This document shows, piece after piece, positions 14,818 to 27,055 of a stretch of DNA of 64,000 nt (its first letter is position 1; each line of letters opens with the position of its first letter). The position numbers were made by a program, and so were the translations under genes. Below the pieces are notes generated by a model, which saw only the letters and a program-made list of their open reading frames with translations, did not search any database and had not been told where the DNA came from. The DNA comes from a virus (lineage: Duplodnaviria > Caudoviricetes), in the IMG/VR virus record IMGVR_UViG_2974786931_000001, positions 64,001-128,000 of that record. One strand, written 5' to 3'.

Positions 14818-15036
14818 TTAACCTTTTCTAGTACGTGCTTCGATGAAGCTCCAGCCATAATCTAATTCATCTTGTCGGAAACCATTAGAAGTACGGCCAT
14901 TCATATCGAACTGAAAACGTCCTGATTCACTATCAGAATAATTGTGCATTACTTTTTTAGTCCACTCTTCAACTTTTTTCTTGTTGAATTTGCGAGCCTG
15001 AGTAGATTCAGTGATAAATTCTTGGTAACTTTTCAT
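14818..15036 (-). CDS. Putative internal head protein
   Basis: CTS MKSYQEFITE; basic mature part. Confidence 0.8.
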   Translation of the reverse strand: MKSYQEFITESTQARKFNKKKVEEWTKKVMHNYSDSESGRFQFDMNGRTSNGFRQDELDYGWSFIEARTRKG

Positions 15037-15065
15037 TTATATTCTCTAACTTGTGATGATGTAAC

Positions 15066-15093
15066 TATAATACCACACCTTTGTGGTATTATA
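15066..15093. repeat. Perfect 12-bp inverted repeat overlapping a promoter-like element
   Basis: TATAATACCACA-CCTT-TGTGGTATTATA. Confidence 0.8.
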
Positions 15094-15098
15094 CACAC

Positions 15099-16044
<946 letters not shown>

Positions 16045-16054
16045 AATTTTCTCT

Positions 16055-16291
16055 TTATTTTCCAAATTTTTCTTTTTTGATTTGAGTACCATAACGCATG
16101 GCATCATCGAATAAACCTAAAGCACCATTTTTATGGTCTTTAGCAGCTTTTTTAAATATAGGGTGTTTTTTAATTACACCTGCAAATGAACCTTGATTAC
16201 CGCCTGTTTGTAGATAGACCATTCCCAGTTCAGTTTGTTCATCTGTTAATTTCTTTTTTGCTTCAGATAAAAATTCTACATAAGTTTTCAT
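16055..16291 (-). CDS. Putative internal head protein inserted between genes 1 and 57A
   Basis: CTS MKTYVEFLSE-A; Lys-rich. Confidence 0.8.
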   Translation of the reverse strand: MKTYVEFLSEAKKKLTDEQTELGMVYLQTGGNQGSFAGVIKKHPIFKKAAKDHKNGALGLFDDAMRYGTQIKKEKFGK

Positions 16292-16989
16292 ATAATCTCG
16301 TTTAATTTATTATATAAAGACTCTAAATCAGAATCATTCAGAATCATTATATCATTTTCTTTAACAAGCAATCCTGCTTCAGTGATATGCTTATCTTTAT
16401 TTTCGGTTTCACCAGGGCGAACAACATGGATTACTGTCGCTCCCATCGCTCTGAGATAATCGATTTCATGAACTTGACGGACATCAGGAATAATAAAAGC
16501 TTGTTTATTATCGCCGAAAGCTTCAATATGTTTTAATGCAAATAACTTCATCCAATACATACGATCGAATTCATTGACTACTAAATCTGTTCCAAGGGCC
16601 TGCATGAAACGTCTAATAGACATTGGTTCATTATTATTTATAACAAAATGTCTAACTGTTTCAGCATTATAATAAAGGTCTAGGAATTCAGTAGAAACAT
16701 AATCCAATGCACACATAAAAATATCAAATTGTGTTTCTAAATCTAATTCTAAATCGATTTCACGATCAATACCTTCACCAGCCCAATCAGCTTCACTTAA
16801 AATAGGATACATCAAACTATTTTTAATATAAAGATTATGACGTATACTAATATGATTATATGAATAAGCTAATGCTTCTTTAATAGGACCAGCTAATTGA
16901 TATTTCTCTGCATCATATTTCTCTGCTAGATAATCGGCTGAAGTATCTTTACCTGAACGTTTGATTCCGCTAATAACTAATAGTTTCAT
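16288..16989 (-). CDS. 1: dNMP kinase gp1
   Basis: SGIKRSGKDT P-loop, RRFMQALGTD, PDVRQxHE, HITEAGL. Confidence 0.95.
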   Translation of the reverse strand: MKLLVISGIKRSGKDTSADYLAEKYDAEKYQLAGPIKEALAYSYNHISIRHNLYIKNSLMYPILSEADWAGEGIDREIDLELDLETQFDIFMCALDYVSTEFLDLYYNAETVRHFVINNNEPMSIRRFMQALGTDLVVNEFDRMYWMKLFALKHIEAFGDNKQAFIIPDVRQVHEIDYLRAMGATVIHVVRPGETENKDKHITEAGLLVKENDIMILNDSDLESLYNKLNEII

Positions 16990-17564
16990 TGTTGTCTCAT
17001 AGAAGGATGCACACCTGGTGCTGAAGCCTTATTGGCATTTATAGATGGACGACCAGTTATTATTCGTCCATCCTTTTCAATTTCAAAATATTTATAATTT
17101 ATGGTTGCGTTACATACTACAATAGGGTCCCCATCTTGGCTGTAATCATATTCGATTTCAGATAAGGCTGAGCACCATCCTGATTTAAGGATGAATGTCA
17201 ATACTATATTTTTCTTTTCATTATCCAAAATGTGCAATAATACAGCTTCCGGCGTACCACCTGGACCCCAGGCAGTATTTTCAGAAGTCAAGTAGTTATT
17301 ATATGTCAACATCCATTGGTACATTTCTAACCAAGATTCTAAATTTTCATCAACAATGAATCTAATCATTACTGGGTCAAATTCTAATGTAGAACCTGGC
17401 AATTGGGCTCTTCCGAGCCCTTTTGGTGCACTAACTGTATCTGTTACTGGGATTCTTATTCCTGGCAAAGTAGCAGATTGTACGTTTAATTGAAATGATT
17501 TGGTTAAACCTGAATCAGGAATATCCAAAACAAAGTTAGTAATATTACTTTGGTTCTGTAACAT
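16986..17564 (-). CDS. 3: gp3 tail tube terminator
   Basis: NQSNITNFVLDIPD, LPGIRIP, FIVDENL. Confidence 0.95.
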   Translation of the reverse strand: MLQNQSNITNFVLDIPDSGLTKSFQLNVQSATLPGIRIPVTDTVSAPKGLGRAQLPGSTLEFDPVMIRFIVDENLESWLEMYQWMLTYNNYLTSENTAWGPGGTPEAVLLHILDNEKKNIVLTFILKSGWCSALSEIEYDYSQDGDPIVVCNATINYKYFEIEKDGRIITGRPSINANKASAPGVHPSMRQQ

Positions 17565-17573
17565 AATAAACCC

Positions 17574-18398
17574 TTATGATGACCAAACTTTTGATGCTGA
17601 ATAACGTTTGCCTTTTGACATAAATTGCTGCAACGGCATTAAAACCACATTGGCCCAGTCGTCAGGTTTTATTTCAACCATGGGACCTTTTATATTTCCT
17701 GGCAAATATGCTTTTATCATTTTATCAGCGCCGGCATAACCTTTAACATTAGACCAATTAATCTTTAGTTTAGTCTTATTTGTTATAGTCGATGTGTTAG
17801 CATATTGCTTTAACAAATCTTCTAATAATTGTTGCCGAGCCTTAGGTGGAATATAGTGCATATTAAGACCATACATTAATTGTGTAGAGCCTTGAGTTCC
17901 TAAACCTAGATATATAATTAACGGGTATTTATCCCAGAATGGTAATGTATCTTTATGTTTAGCATCATAAATATATGCATATACTTTACCTGGCGTAGGT
18001 TTACTAACTTTATGGCCACGTATTCCAGTCTTTAATGTCTCAGCAAACCATTTGGCAGATTTGTTGTTTGTTGCTGCGCCATCATTTCTAATTTTATCTC
18101 TAATAGATGATCTAAAACTATTCACCATCAAAAGCTTTTTATCTGCTTGAGACAATTTATTTTTAGGTTTATCTTGAAGAGTTTTAATCGTCTTAGCTAA
18201 TTTAATTTGGGTAGCATATCTTGATAAGCTTCTTGAAAAAGTAGATGGATTCAATCCTTTACTTTCAGCAAATGCTTTTGATGTTACGCCTTTCTTTTTA
18301 GCTTCTTGATATTCTAAGCCAAGTTGTATCCATTGACGTTCTTTACGCACAATAGGCGAAACTCTCTCGGCTTCATTTATTGTTTCAAATATAGCCAT
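17574..18398 (-). CDS. 2: gp2 DNA end protector
   Basis: [30 protein letters not shown]. Confidence 0.95.
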   Translation of the reverse strand: MAIFETINEAERVSPIVRKERQWIQLGLEYQEAKKKGVTSKAFAESKGLNPSTFSRSLSRYATQIKLAKTIKTLQDKPKNKLSQADKKLLMVNSFRSSIRDKIRNDGAATNNKSAKWFAETLKTGIRGHKVSKPTPGKVYAYIYDAKHKDTLPFWDKYPLIIYLGLGTQGSTQLMYGLNMHYIPPKARQQLLEDLLKQYANTSTITNKTKLKINWSNVKGYAGADKMIKAYLPGNIKGPMVEIKPDDWANVVLMPLQQFMSKGKRYSASKVWSS

Positions 18399-18847
18399 TA
18401 GCCTTTCCATCCTAATTTTTTCAAAGAATTCTCTGTAAGTAATCTAAATTCTATATCATTTTTTTGCGCAAACGCCATAGTTGCTTTCCATTTGTCATGG
18501 TTTACACTCCATGTGTAAGCTTCGTTCATGTATCGTTTTTTAGCAGCAGTGGTCATTTGAGCAGGACGAATAGGAGCTCTTGTTTCTTTAGCAGGTTTAA
18601 CTTCAAATAAAAATTGTTTGCCACTGTTCCAAAGAACCCAGAAATCCATAAAATATCTACGTTTCTTTCCATCAGCATTACTGAAATATGGAATTACCAC
18701 TTCTTCTGAATTCCACTTCTTTACATCAGGGTGATTGTCTAGCCAACGCATTACAAATTGTTCCCATGAACTTCTGTAAGTAATCTTTTTCCAATCGCCT
18801 TTATATTTTTCTTTATTTACTGGAATGAATTTCCCCGAATAGGCCAT
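18398..18847 (-). CDS. 4: gp4 head completion protein (TnsA-like fold)
   Basis: MAYSGKF.P.N..KYKGD, YRSSWE, RRYFMDF, EVKP. Confidence 0.95.
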   Translation of the reverse strand: MAYSGKFIPVNKEKYKGDWKKITYRSSWEQFVMRWLDNHPDVKKWNSEEVVIPYFSNADGKKRRYFMDFWVLWNSGKQFLFEVKPAKETRAPIRPAQMTTAAKKRYMNEAYTWSVNHDKWKATMAFAQKNDIEFRLLTENSLKKLGWKG

Positions 18848-18859
18848 AGCTGCCTCCTT

Positions 18860-18882
18860 AATAAATACTATTATTATTTATA
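18860..18882. promoter_or_regulatory. Late promoters for genes 53 (+) and 4 (-)
   Basis: AATAAATA (+) at 18860-18867; TATAAATA (-) at 18882-18875. Confidence 0.75.
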
Positions 18883-18895
18883 CTTCGGAGGCTGT

Positions 18896-19474
18896 ATGCT
18901 TTTCTCGTTTTTTGACCCAGTTGCTTATACAGTAAAAACACTAGACCCTAATGCACCAGCTATTCCAATGGCTGATATATTTAAAAATTATGGAAAATAT
19001 TTTTCTACAGTAGCTAAAGGTTTTAAACTACAAACACACTATATTTCAGGTTATCCTCGTCCAGAAGAATTAGCATATCGTTTATATGGTAACGTCCAAT
19101 ATTATTGGCTCGTATTAATGATTAACAATATCTATGACCCTTATTACGGATGGATTACATCTCAGGATGCAGCTTATCAAGCAGCTGAGCAGAGATATAA
19201 AGATATTGGTGGAGACCAAGTTTTATACCATATAGATATCCTTGGTGAAAAGTATTATGATTTAGTAGAATATCCTATTGGACAACAAGTTTGGTATTCT
19301 AAAGGTGATAAGACACATACTTATCCACAATATAAAGGTGCTTTAGCTGCAGTAGATATTTACGAAGATGCTATTCTTAAAAATGAAGCTAAACGTGCTA
19401 TAAAAATACTTAATCCAAATGATTTAGATACATTTATTAATCAGTTAACTCATCTTATGGGACAAGGTCAATGA
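18896..19474 (+). CDS. 53: gp53 baseplate wedge protein
   Basis: MLFSFFDP, PRPEELAYRLYGN..YYW LysM-like segment. Confidence 0.95.
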   Translation: MLFSFFDPVAYTVKTLDPNAPAIPMADIFKNYGKYFSTVAKGFKLQTHYISGYPRPEELAYRLYGNVQYYWLVLMINNIYDPYYGWITSQDAAYQAAEQRYKDIGGDQVLYHIDILGEKYYDLVEYPIGQQVWYSKGDKTHTYPQYKGALAAVDIYEDAILKNEAKRAIKILNPNDLDTFINQLTHLMGQGQ

Positions 19475-21195
19475 TTAAAGTTAATGAACATATTCGCTAT
19501 TTTACGGGTATTGTTGAAGACAGAATGGACCCGATGAAATTGGGCCGTGTTCGTGTACGTGTTTTTGGCTATCATCCGTTCCAAAGAATTCAAGGTCCTA
19601 TTTCAGGATTATCTACAGAAGATTTACAATGGATGGATGTATTGCAACCATCTAATAGTGCAAGTATGTCTGGTATTGGTTATACTCCTACTGGTCCCGT
19701 TGAAGGTTCTAAAGTATACGGTCATTGGTTGGACAAATATAATACAACTGGATTAGTTTTAGGAACATTAGCTGGTATCAATACAGTTAAACCTAATAAA
19801 CTAGAAGGCTTTAGTGACCCAACTGGACAATATCCTAGACGATTAGGTTCTGACGTTAACCCGTTAACAGAAGGTGGCGCTGAAGGTTATGAATATCAAG
19901 CAAACACAGTGCAAGATTCTAACCTTGATACAGGCATAAATCCAGATGACCGTGATTTCTCTGATATTCCTGAAGACCCTAATCCTAATTATTCTATTAA
20001 CTTAATGATTAGACGAGATGAAGGTCTTGCATTAAAAATTTATTGGGATGTTCGTGGTTACACAGTTGGTATTGGACATTTCATTGGCGAATTTGCACGT
20101 GGTGATATGGCTGGTGCTAATAAAGCTTTAAGTAAACAAATTGGCCGTGAAGTTACTGGTAATCCAGGTAACATTTATATAGAAGAAGCCGATAAGTTAT
20201 TTGAACAAGACTTAGCTAAAGTTCAAAAAGATATTAAATCAAATAGTTCAACCGGGCCGGTTTATAATAAAGTAAACCGTTCAAGACAAATGGCTCTTGA
20301 AAATATGGCTTTCCAAATGGGTGTTGGCGGTTTAGCTAAATTTGGTAATATGCTTAATGCTATGTTTATTGGCGATTGGGAAACAGCTTATAAAGAAGCA
20401 AAAGATTCTACATGGGCCAACCAGACGCCAGGAAGAGCGTCTAGGGTCTCAATGATTATACGTGTAGGTAACTTAGAGTCGTATGGTATTCCGGTCCCTA
20501 CTACTCCCTTCGCTTCACGTATGATGATGCGTGCACAAACAAGAGAAGCTGATCCTTCTGACCCATGGACTCCTACTGATTCTCGTATTTTGTTTAAAGA
20601 ACCAGAAAGTTCGTATAAAGGCGAATATCCTTATGTCCACACATATGAATCTGAAAGCGGACACATACAAGAATTTGATGATACGCCAGGATATGAAAGA
20701 TATCGTATAGTTCATCCTAGTCGTTCTTATATGGAAATAGCTCCAGATGGACGAAGAACAACTAAAACTGTTGCAGATGAATATTCGATGGTCCAAGGAC
20801 ATCGAAATGAATATACTGGTGGTAAATTAGCAATAAACATCGGCGGTGATGAAACAACTTATAACATGTCTAATCGTCGTCAACAAATAGATGGTAATCA
20901 AGATGTTTATGTTCGTGGTAATGATACTTTGAATATAGATGGTGATGGAACTGTTTATGTTAAGGGTAATATTAAAATTATTGTTGAAGGCAATGCTGAA
21001 ATAACTGTTCAAGGTAATTGTGAAACAGAAGTTCAAGGTAATTATGATATGAAAGTTGGTGGGAATATGACGGTAACAGTAGCTGGGCAAATGGCTCAAT
21101 CTGTTACTGGTTCTTGGACACAAACTATGCAAAGTATGTCATCAATTGCTTCAGGACAATATACTATTGATGGTTCACGAATTGATATTGGATAA
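19471..21195 (+). CDS. 5: gp5 baseplate hub / tail lysozyme spike
   Basis: OB-fold VEDRMDP..GRVRVR, central T4-lysozyme domain, VxG beta-helix repeats, ends GSRIDIG. Confidence 0.97.
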   Translation: MIKVNEHIRYFTGIVEDRMDPMKLGRVRVRVFGYHPFQRIQGPISGLSTEDLQWMDVLQPSNSASMSGIGYTPTGPVEGSKVYGHWLDKYNTTGLVLGTLAGINTVKPNKLEGFSDPTGQYPRRLGSDVNPLTEGGAEGYEYQANTVQDSNLDTGINPDDRDFSDIPEDPNPNYSINLMIRRDEGLALKIYWDVRGYTVGIGHFIGEFARGDMAGANKALSKQIGREVTGNPGNIYIEEADKLFEQDLAKVQKDIKSNSSTGPVYNKVNRSRQMALENMAFQMGVGGLAKFGNMLNAMFIGDWETAYKEAKDSTWANQTPGRASRVSMIIRVGNLESYGIPVPTTPFASRMMMRAQTREADPSDPWTPTDSRILFKEPESSYKGEYPYVHTYESESGHIQEFDDTPGYERYRIVHPSRSYMEIAPDGRRTTKTVADEYSMVQGHRNEYTGGKLAINIGGDETTYNMSNRRQQIDGNQDVYVRGNDTLNIDGDGTVYVKGNIKIIVEGNAEITVQGNCETEVQGNYDMKVGGNMTVTVAGQMAQSVTGSWTQTMQSMSSIASGQYTIDGSRIDIG

Positions 21196-21198
21196 CAT

Positions 21199-21702
21199 AT
21201 GGCTGATATATTTCCTATAAATACAACATTAAATACGCTCTCCGAAGGAGCGTATGTTTCACAACAATTTACTCCTATCCTTGATAGTAATGAAGAACTT
21301 GTATCTATTAGTATTATTGATTACCAACCAACGCCTGGAATAGAAGTAGTAGGTTCATTATACCAAGGTAATTATGAAAGCGTATTTGAATATGGTTCAG
21401 ATGCATTGAGTTATCGCCTCGGCGATGAATTCAAAACTGCTTCAACTTGGGAAGATCTTCCCACATCTTTAGATACTCAATTATACTTATGGCGTGCTCC
21501 ACAGGTCTTAGACAGGACGTTTACATATACAGTCCTAATGGAATATACAGTCACTACATCTAGTGGTTCAGGCGGCACAGGAAGGGCTACAGATGATGTT
21601 GTTACAGAGAAACAAATCACTAAAGTTTACTCTCAACGAATTGTTGGGAACTGGTCCAACTGGGCAAATAAATTACGCACTTATGTTTATGGGAGGGAAT
21701 AA
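21199..21702 (+). CDS. 5.1: gp5.1
   Basis: Position; [15 protein letters not shown]. Confidence 0.85.
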   Translation: MADIFPINTTLNTLSEGAYVSQQFTPILDSNEELVSISIIDYQPTPGIEVVGSLYQGNYESVFEYGSDALSYRLGDEFKTASTWEDLPTSLDTQLYLWRAPQVLDRTFTYTVLMEYTVTTSSGSGGTGRATDDVVTEKQITKVYSQRIVGNWSNWANKLRTYVYGRE

Positions 21703-21995
21703 TGTCTGGACTTTCATTTAATAAAGCAATAACATCTGGACATGCAACTTATCCTCCTACTGATATAAATGCTTCTCAAAGTAAAGTATTCACAGGTGGG
21801 ATTGCTGTCTTAGTAGATGGTGACCAAATAACTCCTCACCAAAACATGGTAGAACCGCATGATATTCATGGCGGAACTGTTCAACCAAGAACAAATAAAG
21901 TATATGTGACAGGCAAAAAAGCTGTCCAAATGGCAGATCCTATTTCATGCGGCGATACGGTTTCGCAGTCATCATCAAAAGTATTCATAAGGTAA
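21702..21995 (+). CDS. 5.4: gp5.4 PAAR-like spike tip
   Basis: [21 protein letters not shown]. Confidence 0.93.
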   Translation: MSGLSFNKAITSGHATYPPTDINASQSKVFTGGIAVLVDGDQITPHQNMVEPHDIHGGTVQPRTNKVYVTGKKAVQMADPISCGDTVSQSSSKVFIR

Positions 21996-21998
21996 ATC

Positions 21999-23951
21999 AT
22001 GGCAGAATTAACTAATTTCCAATTAACAAAAACAGCTAATGCTATTCCAGAAGTATTTGAAGCTGCTACATTCGATGAGATTAAAGCTAAGCTAATAGAT
22101 TGGCTTAAATCTCAGAATGAATTTAAAGATTATGACTTCTTAGGTTCAAGATTAAACGTATTGTTAGATTTACTTTCATACAACACATTATATATCCAAC
22201 AATTCAGTAACACAGCTATTTACGAAAGCTTTATTCGTACAGCTAACCAACGTTCATCAGTTGTTCAAGCAGCACAGGACTCAGGATATTATCCTGCTAA
22301 TATGTCAGCCGCTTCTATTAGTATTTTGCTTAAAGTATCTCATGCACTGAATCCAGTTAATATTCGGATTCCACGTGGGACCAAATTCTTGGCTTATGCT
22401 AAAGGTGCTAAAGCTGATCCATACGCATTCGTATCATTAGAAGACGTTGTTGCTGTAAAAGATAAAGATAATTTTTATTGGCCGATTGTTAAATTAGGTC
22501 AAGGCCGAATTATGCGTAATGAATTAACTTACGATATAAATTCACCTATTATTATCCGAGACCCAGGCATCGACCGTAGTTTAATTCGTGTGTTTATAAA
22601 TGGTTCAGAATGGACCGATTGGACATCCAAATCAATGGTTCATGCTGGAAGTATATCCACAATATATTACACAAGAGAAACCATTGACGGCAATACTGAA
22701 ATTTACTTTGGCGAAGGCGTTGCTTCTCAAAGTGTTGCTGGTGGTGTTTTAGAAAGCAATTATATTGGTGGTTTAAAACCATTTAGTGGTTCTAATATTG
22801 TTGTCGAATATATCAGAACAAATGGCGAAGCTGCTAATGGTTCTACTGGCTTTAGTTATGCGGATACATTAACATATATCAGTATTGATGAAGTTATCGA
22901 AAACTATGAAAACAATCCTGATTTCGTTGGTGCAGATGGCGGCGGCGACCCAGAGAATATTGAACGTATACGAGAACTTGCCGTAGTTAAACGCGAAGCC
23001 CAAATGAGATGTGTAACTGCTTCAGATTACGAATCATTTATTTCTGCTCAATTTGGCTCTGTTGTTCAGGCTGTTTCTTGCTTTACTGATAGCGATAAAC
23101 CTGGATATGCATTTATTTCTATTAAACCTAAATCAGGCTTAAACTTAACTGCGGTCCAACGTGAGGATATGCAAAACTATCTTAAAGAATTTAACTTGGC
23201 TCCTATTACGCCTTCGGTTATTTCTCCTAACTATTTGTTTATTAAGCATAATGTAACAGTGACGTATAACTTAAATAAATTACAAGAATCTCAACAATGG
23301 CTTGAGTCTAAAATAATTGAACAAATTGATAATTATTATACTGAAGATGTAGAAATCTTTAATAGCTCATTCAGTAAATCTCGTATGTTAACATATGTTG
23401 ATAATGCTGATAAAGGCGTATCTATTATCGGTAGTTCGGCTACAATAGAATTAGTTAGAGAAATTCCTAACTTTTATGCTACACCTGAAGCTGGTATTAA
23501 ATACTATAATAAAGTGGACTCAAAAGGCATTTATTCAAGTAACTTCCCGTACGAAGCATATGAAGAATTGACTTATGATGTCAGGATTGTTTCTACTGCT
23601 GCAGATGCATTAGGTGCAGGTAAAATGGTTATTGGACCATTTAGAGCAGGTGATATTGTTGAAAGTTCTATTATTCAACCTTACATAGGAACAGATTTCG
23701 AAAAATTAACTAACCAGGATGGTAGAGATACATATTTTGTTGTTGGCGAACTTAACTATTTTAGTGATTACATTTATTGGAACTTAGGTGCCATTGACGT
23801 TGATTCAACTAAATTTCCAGTTCAAAGCATTGAGTTATATGCTGAACCTTCTCAAGATAATATCTTTGCTAAAGATGGGACCTTAATAGTATTTGAGAAT
23901 GATCTCCGTCCACAATACACTACAATAATTATGGAACCTATTACAGGATAA
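21999..23951 (+). CDS. 6: gp6 baseplate wedge
   Basis: FKDYDFLGSRLNVLLDLLSYNTLY; 650 aa. Confidence 0.97.
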   Translation: MAELTNFQLTKTANAIPEVFEAATFDEIKAKLIDWLKSQNEFKDYDFLGSRLNVLLDLLSYNTLYIQQFSNTAIYESFIRTANQRSSVVQAAQDSGYYPANMSAASISILLKVSHALNPVNIRIPRGTKFLAYAKGAKADPYAFVSLEDVVAVKDKDNFYWPIVKLGQGRIMRNELTYDINSPIIIRDPGIDRSLIRVFINGSEWTDWTSKSMVHAGSISTIYYTRETIDGNTEIYFGEGVASQSVAGGVLESNYIGGLKPFSGSNIVVEYIRTNGEAANGSTGFSYADTLTYISIDEVIENYENNPDFVGADGGGDPENIERIRELAVVKREAQMRCVTASDYESFISAQFGSVVQAVSCFTDSDKPGYAFISIKPKSGLNLTAVQREDMQNYLKEFNLAPITPSVISPNYLFIKHNVTVTYNLNKLQESQQWLESKIIEQIDNYYTEDVEIFNSSFSKSRMLTYVDNADKGVSIIGSSATIELVREIPNFYATPEAGIKYYNKVDSKGIYSSNFPYEAYEELTYDVRIVSTAADALGAGKMVIGPFRAGDIVESSIIQPYIGTDFEKLTNQDGRDTYFVVGELNYFSDYIYWNLGAIDVDSTKFPVQSIELYAEPSQDNIFAKDGTLIVFENDLRPQYTTIIMEPITG

Positions 23952-23956
23952 AACTA

Positions 23957-26900
23957 ATGATACAAGCCCCAGTTGTTACCAGCTTAAGAATTGACAAGCT
24001 ATCAGCAAATCAGGTAAGTATCCTTTGGGACGATGTTGGTGAGAACTTTTACTATTTTGTAGAACTCACAGAAACAAGAAACTTCAACGGGGATGAAATA
24101 TCCCCTGCGAACTATCAATGGCGTTCATTAGGATATACGGCTGATAATGATTGGTTCGAAGAAGCATTAATTCGTCCAACAACATATTATAAAATGCGAG
24201 TTGCTGTTGCTGCTAAAGGATTTACACAATCTCTTTGGGTTACAACAGAAGAATTCCAGACATTTGAAACCAATGCCTATACATTTGACATGATGAATGA
24301 ATTCACATTGTCTAAACAATTAATTAATCGTAAATTTGTTCACGACGATAATTCATTTGTTGACTTTAACCGTGATTTAATTTATGCATCTTTAATGACA
24401 GAAGATTTCCAATATTCTTCAGACTACACTAATGTTAGCGCTGTTTCTAATTTTATTGTTGGCGAAGATGAATATCACGAAATTCAAGGGCCTATAGAAG
24501 CTGTTTGTGTAGATAAAAATAGAACAATGTTGATGCATTCTGATGGTATTCTTTATTTGTTTGAACGTTTCCAACCTGTTGTTAAAGTTTCAAATGATAA
24601 AGCTCAGAATTGGCATTATGTTAGATTATTTGACGACCGCGTAGGTAATCCAGTATCTAGAATTTGTACATATCAAAGTAATACAACAACTTATGTTATT
24701 GGCTATGATCGGTTGTTTTATGGCCGTCTAAGTAATGACACTCGTTGGTCAGAAGATGATGTTAGATTCAGTTCGCAAGATATTACATTTGCTAAAATTG
24801 GTGACCAACTTAATTTAGGATTTGATGTTGAAATCTTTGGCACTTATGCTAAATATCCAGGCGATGTTTCTAAATATGTTGAAGCTATGACTTGTAATAA
24901 TGATAATCTTTATGTTGTTGCAAGAGACACTGTTAGATTCATTAAACTAAAAAATGCTCCAATAGATTCAGACCCAGCGTCTCCAACATATAATGAAAAA
25001 TTATTTGAAGATGAAGTTCTTCATATAACTGGCAATAATAAAGCTGTTTGTTATAAAATGGATTCTATTGGTAGTAGTATATTCGCTTTAATAACTGGTG
25101 AAGTTAAAACGTATGGTTTAGACCCAACCAATCCAGATAACGTTATTAATTCTGAAGATAAAGGTGTCTACGTACTCCAGAATGACAATACTTTCAAACG
25201 TATATTTGGTAATACACCAGAAGAACGCGAACGTATAGAACACACCTGGGCGTCAATGAGCACTGATGGTAAAGAATTATTCTTTAGTGGTTCTAATTTT
25301 GAATTCACTGAATTCGTTAAAGATGACGCATTAATAGAAAAATACCCTTCAGTTGTATTTGATGCTATTAAGGTTGCAGAATATACACAATGGCATTCAG
25401 ATAAGCATTATCATATGATGACATTCAGGTCTAATGAAGACTCGGCTTGGGAATCATTTATCCCTGGTCCTATGAAATATTATGCTGAGCCTTGGTTCTG
25501 TTGGTCTAGACGTGATTCTTCTCGTTCATGGATAACAACTTCTGATTTAGCTGCAGTTGTGTATTCAGATTTGATTTATACCAAACCTGTTGAATTACAT
25601 GGTTCTGGTTCTCCTGAACGTGTAGTGCATGAAATTTGGAACAAAGGAACAGGAACATTTAAATGTCCTAATGTTGAATTCAGCGGTTTTATAAAATATG
25701 CTTCTGGTATACTTTTCCATAAAGGCGGCACTGGCGATATTTTAGGTTATTATGAATTTAACTATCGTGTTAGAGATGAAGCAATAGTTTTCTGGAAACC
25801 TACTGAAACTATGTTTACTGCTTATCTCCAAAGTCAGACTAGAGAAGTTCCATGGACACCTGAAGCAAGCAATAAAGAACGCGATCCTGATCTTCGTCCT
25901 TTGATTAGAACTATGATGCCAGAAACATATCTTACCGAAGATACTAATTTCGAAACTTTCTGCACGTCATATTTGCAATTCCTTTCTGATGGCTATGGTA
26001 CTCAATATAACAATTTGTTAAATGTTATTAAAAACAAGTATCCACGAGAAGAACATGCATGGGAATACTTATGGTCTGAAATTTATAAACGAAATATCTA
26101 TTTGAGTCAAGAAGCTCGTGACCAAGTAATTAGATTCTTTGAAGCTCGTAAAGCTGATTTTTATGCTACCAAAGGTATTGAAGATTCGTATAAATTCTTA
26201 TTCAAAGTATTGTATAATGAAGATGTGCAAATAGATATAGAATCAAAGAATACTGATGAATACGATATCATTGTTGATTCTAATAACATTAGTAACGATT
26301 TGGCCGGTAGAACTATATACACGCCTACAGGTCGTTGTAATGTGACTTATATCGAACGTGATTATAGCGCTGGCCGATTAAGATGGCGTATAACAATACA
26401 TAACCTAATTGGACGATTTGTAACTGGACAAGTTATTAAATCTGAACAAACAGGATTTGTTGGTACTATTATTCAAGGTGTTCGTGGTAAAGAACTTCTG
26501 TCTAATAACATCGATTACATAAATAGAGCACGTTCATATTATGTAATGAAGATATCTTCTAATCTTCCTACTTCGCGTTATAGAAATGATATTCTTCGAT
26601 TTGTGCATCCAGTTGGATTTGGATTTATTGGCATAACACTTTTAACAATGTTTATTAATGTTGGCCTAACAATGAAGCACGTTGAAACTATTATAAACAT
26701 AATGAAGAACTACAAATGGGATGCTGGATTACCTTCAGTTTATCCGGATAGAGTTGCAGTTTTGGATTCTAATGGTAATATTGAACATGATTCGGTTTCT
26801 GGCAAAGCTTTATATACTGCTGCTCCTGATGCAGGTTTACCTTTCCCACTTCCTGTAGATTATAATAGTGAGAACGACGATAGTATTTTCCAAGGTCAAT

Positions 26901-27055
26901 TACCTGATGAACGTCGTAAAGCACTGAGTCCATTATTTGACCAGTCGGCTGTTACATTTAGTTCATTTAGAGATTTAGTTGATAAACGTTTAAAAGATGA
27001 TGCTGGCAATCCAAGAGACCCTAGCAATCCTACACAGGTTCTAATTAATGAATAA
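23957..27055 (+). CDS. 7: gp7 baseplate wedge initiator
   Basis: 1032 aa; APxVTSLRIxKLSAN, FVHPVGFGF. Confidence 0.97.
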   Translation: MIQAPVVTSLRIDKLSANQVSILWDDVGENFYYFVELTETRNFNGDEISPANYQWRSLGYTADNDWFEEALIRPTTYYKMRVAVAAKGFTQSLWVTTEEFQTFETNAYTFDMMNEFTLSKQLINRKFVHDDNSFVDFNRDLIYASLMTEDFQYSSDYTNVSAVSNFIVGEDEYHEIQGPIEAVCVDKNRTMLMHSDGILYLFERFQPVVKVSNDKAQNWHYVRLFDDRVGNPVSRICTYQSNTTTYVIGYDRLFYGRLSNDTRWSEDDVRFSSQDITFAKIGDQLNLGFDVEIFGTYAKYPGDVSKYVEAMTCNNDNLYVVARDTVRFIKLKNAPIDSDPASPTYNEKLFEDEVLHITGNNKAVCYKMDSIGSSIFALITGEVKTYGLDPTNPDNVINSEDKGVYVLQNDNTFKRIFGNTPEERERIEHTWASMSTDGKELFFSGSNFEFTEFVKDDALIEKYPSVVFDAIKVAEYTQWHSDKHYHMMTFRSNEDSAWESFIPGPMKYYAEPWFCWSRRDSSRSWITTSDLAAVVYSDLIYTKPVELHGSGSPERVVHEIWNKGTGTFKCPNVEFSGFIKYASGILFHKGGTGDILGYYEFNYRVRDEAIVFWKPTETMFTAYLQSQTREVPWTPEASNKERDPDLRPLIRTMMPETYLTEDTNFETFCTSYLQFLSDGYGTQYNNLLNVIKNKYPREEHAWEYLWSEIYKRNIYLSQEARDQVIRFFEARKADFYATKGIEDSYKFLFKVLYNEDVQIDIESKNTDEYDIIVDSNNISNDLAGRTIYTPTGRCNVTYIERDYSAGRLRWRITIHNLIGRFVTGQVIKSEQTGFVGTIIQGVRGKELLSNNIDYINRARSYYVMKISSNLPTSRYRNDILRFVHPVGFGFIGITLLTMFINVGLTMKHVETIINIMKNYKWDAGLPSVYPDRVAVLDSNGNIEHDSVSGKALYTAAPDAGLPFPLPVDYNSENDDSIFQGQLPDERRKALSPLFDQSAVTFSSFRDLVDKRLKDDAGNPRDPSNPTQVLINE

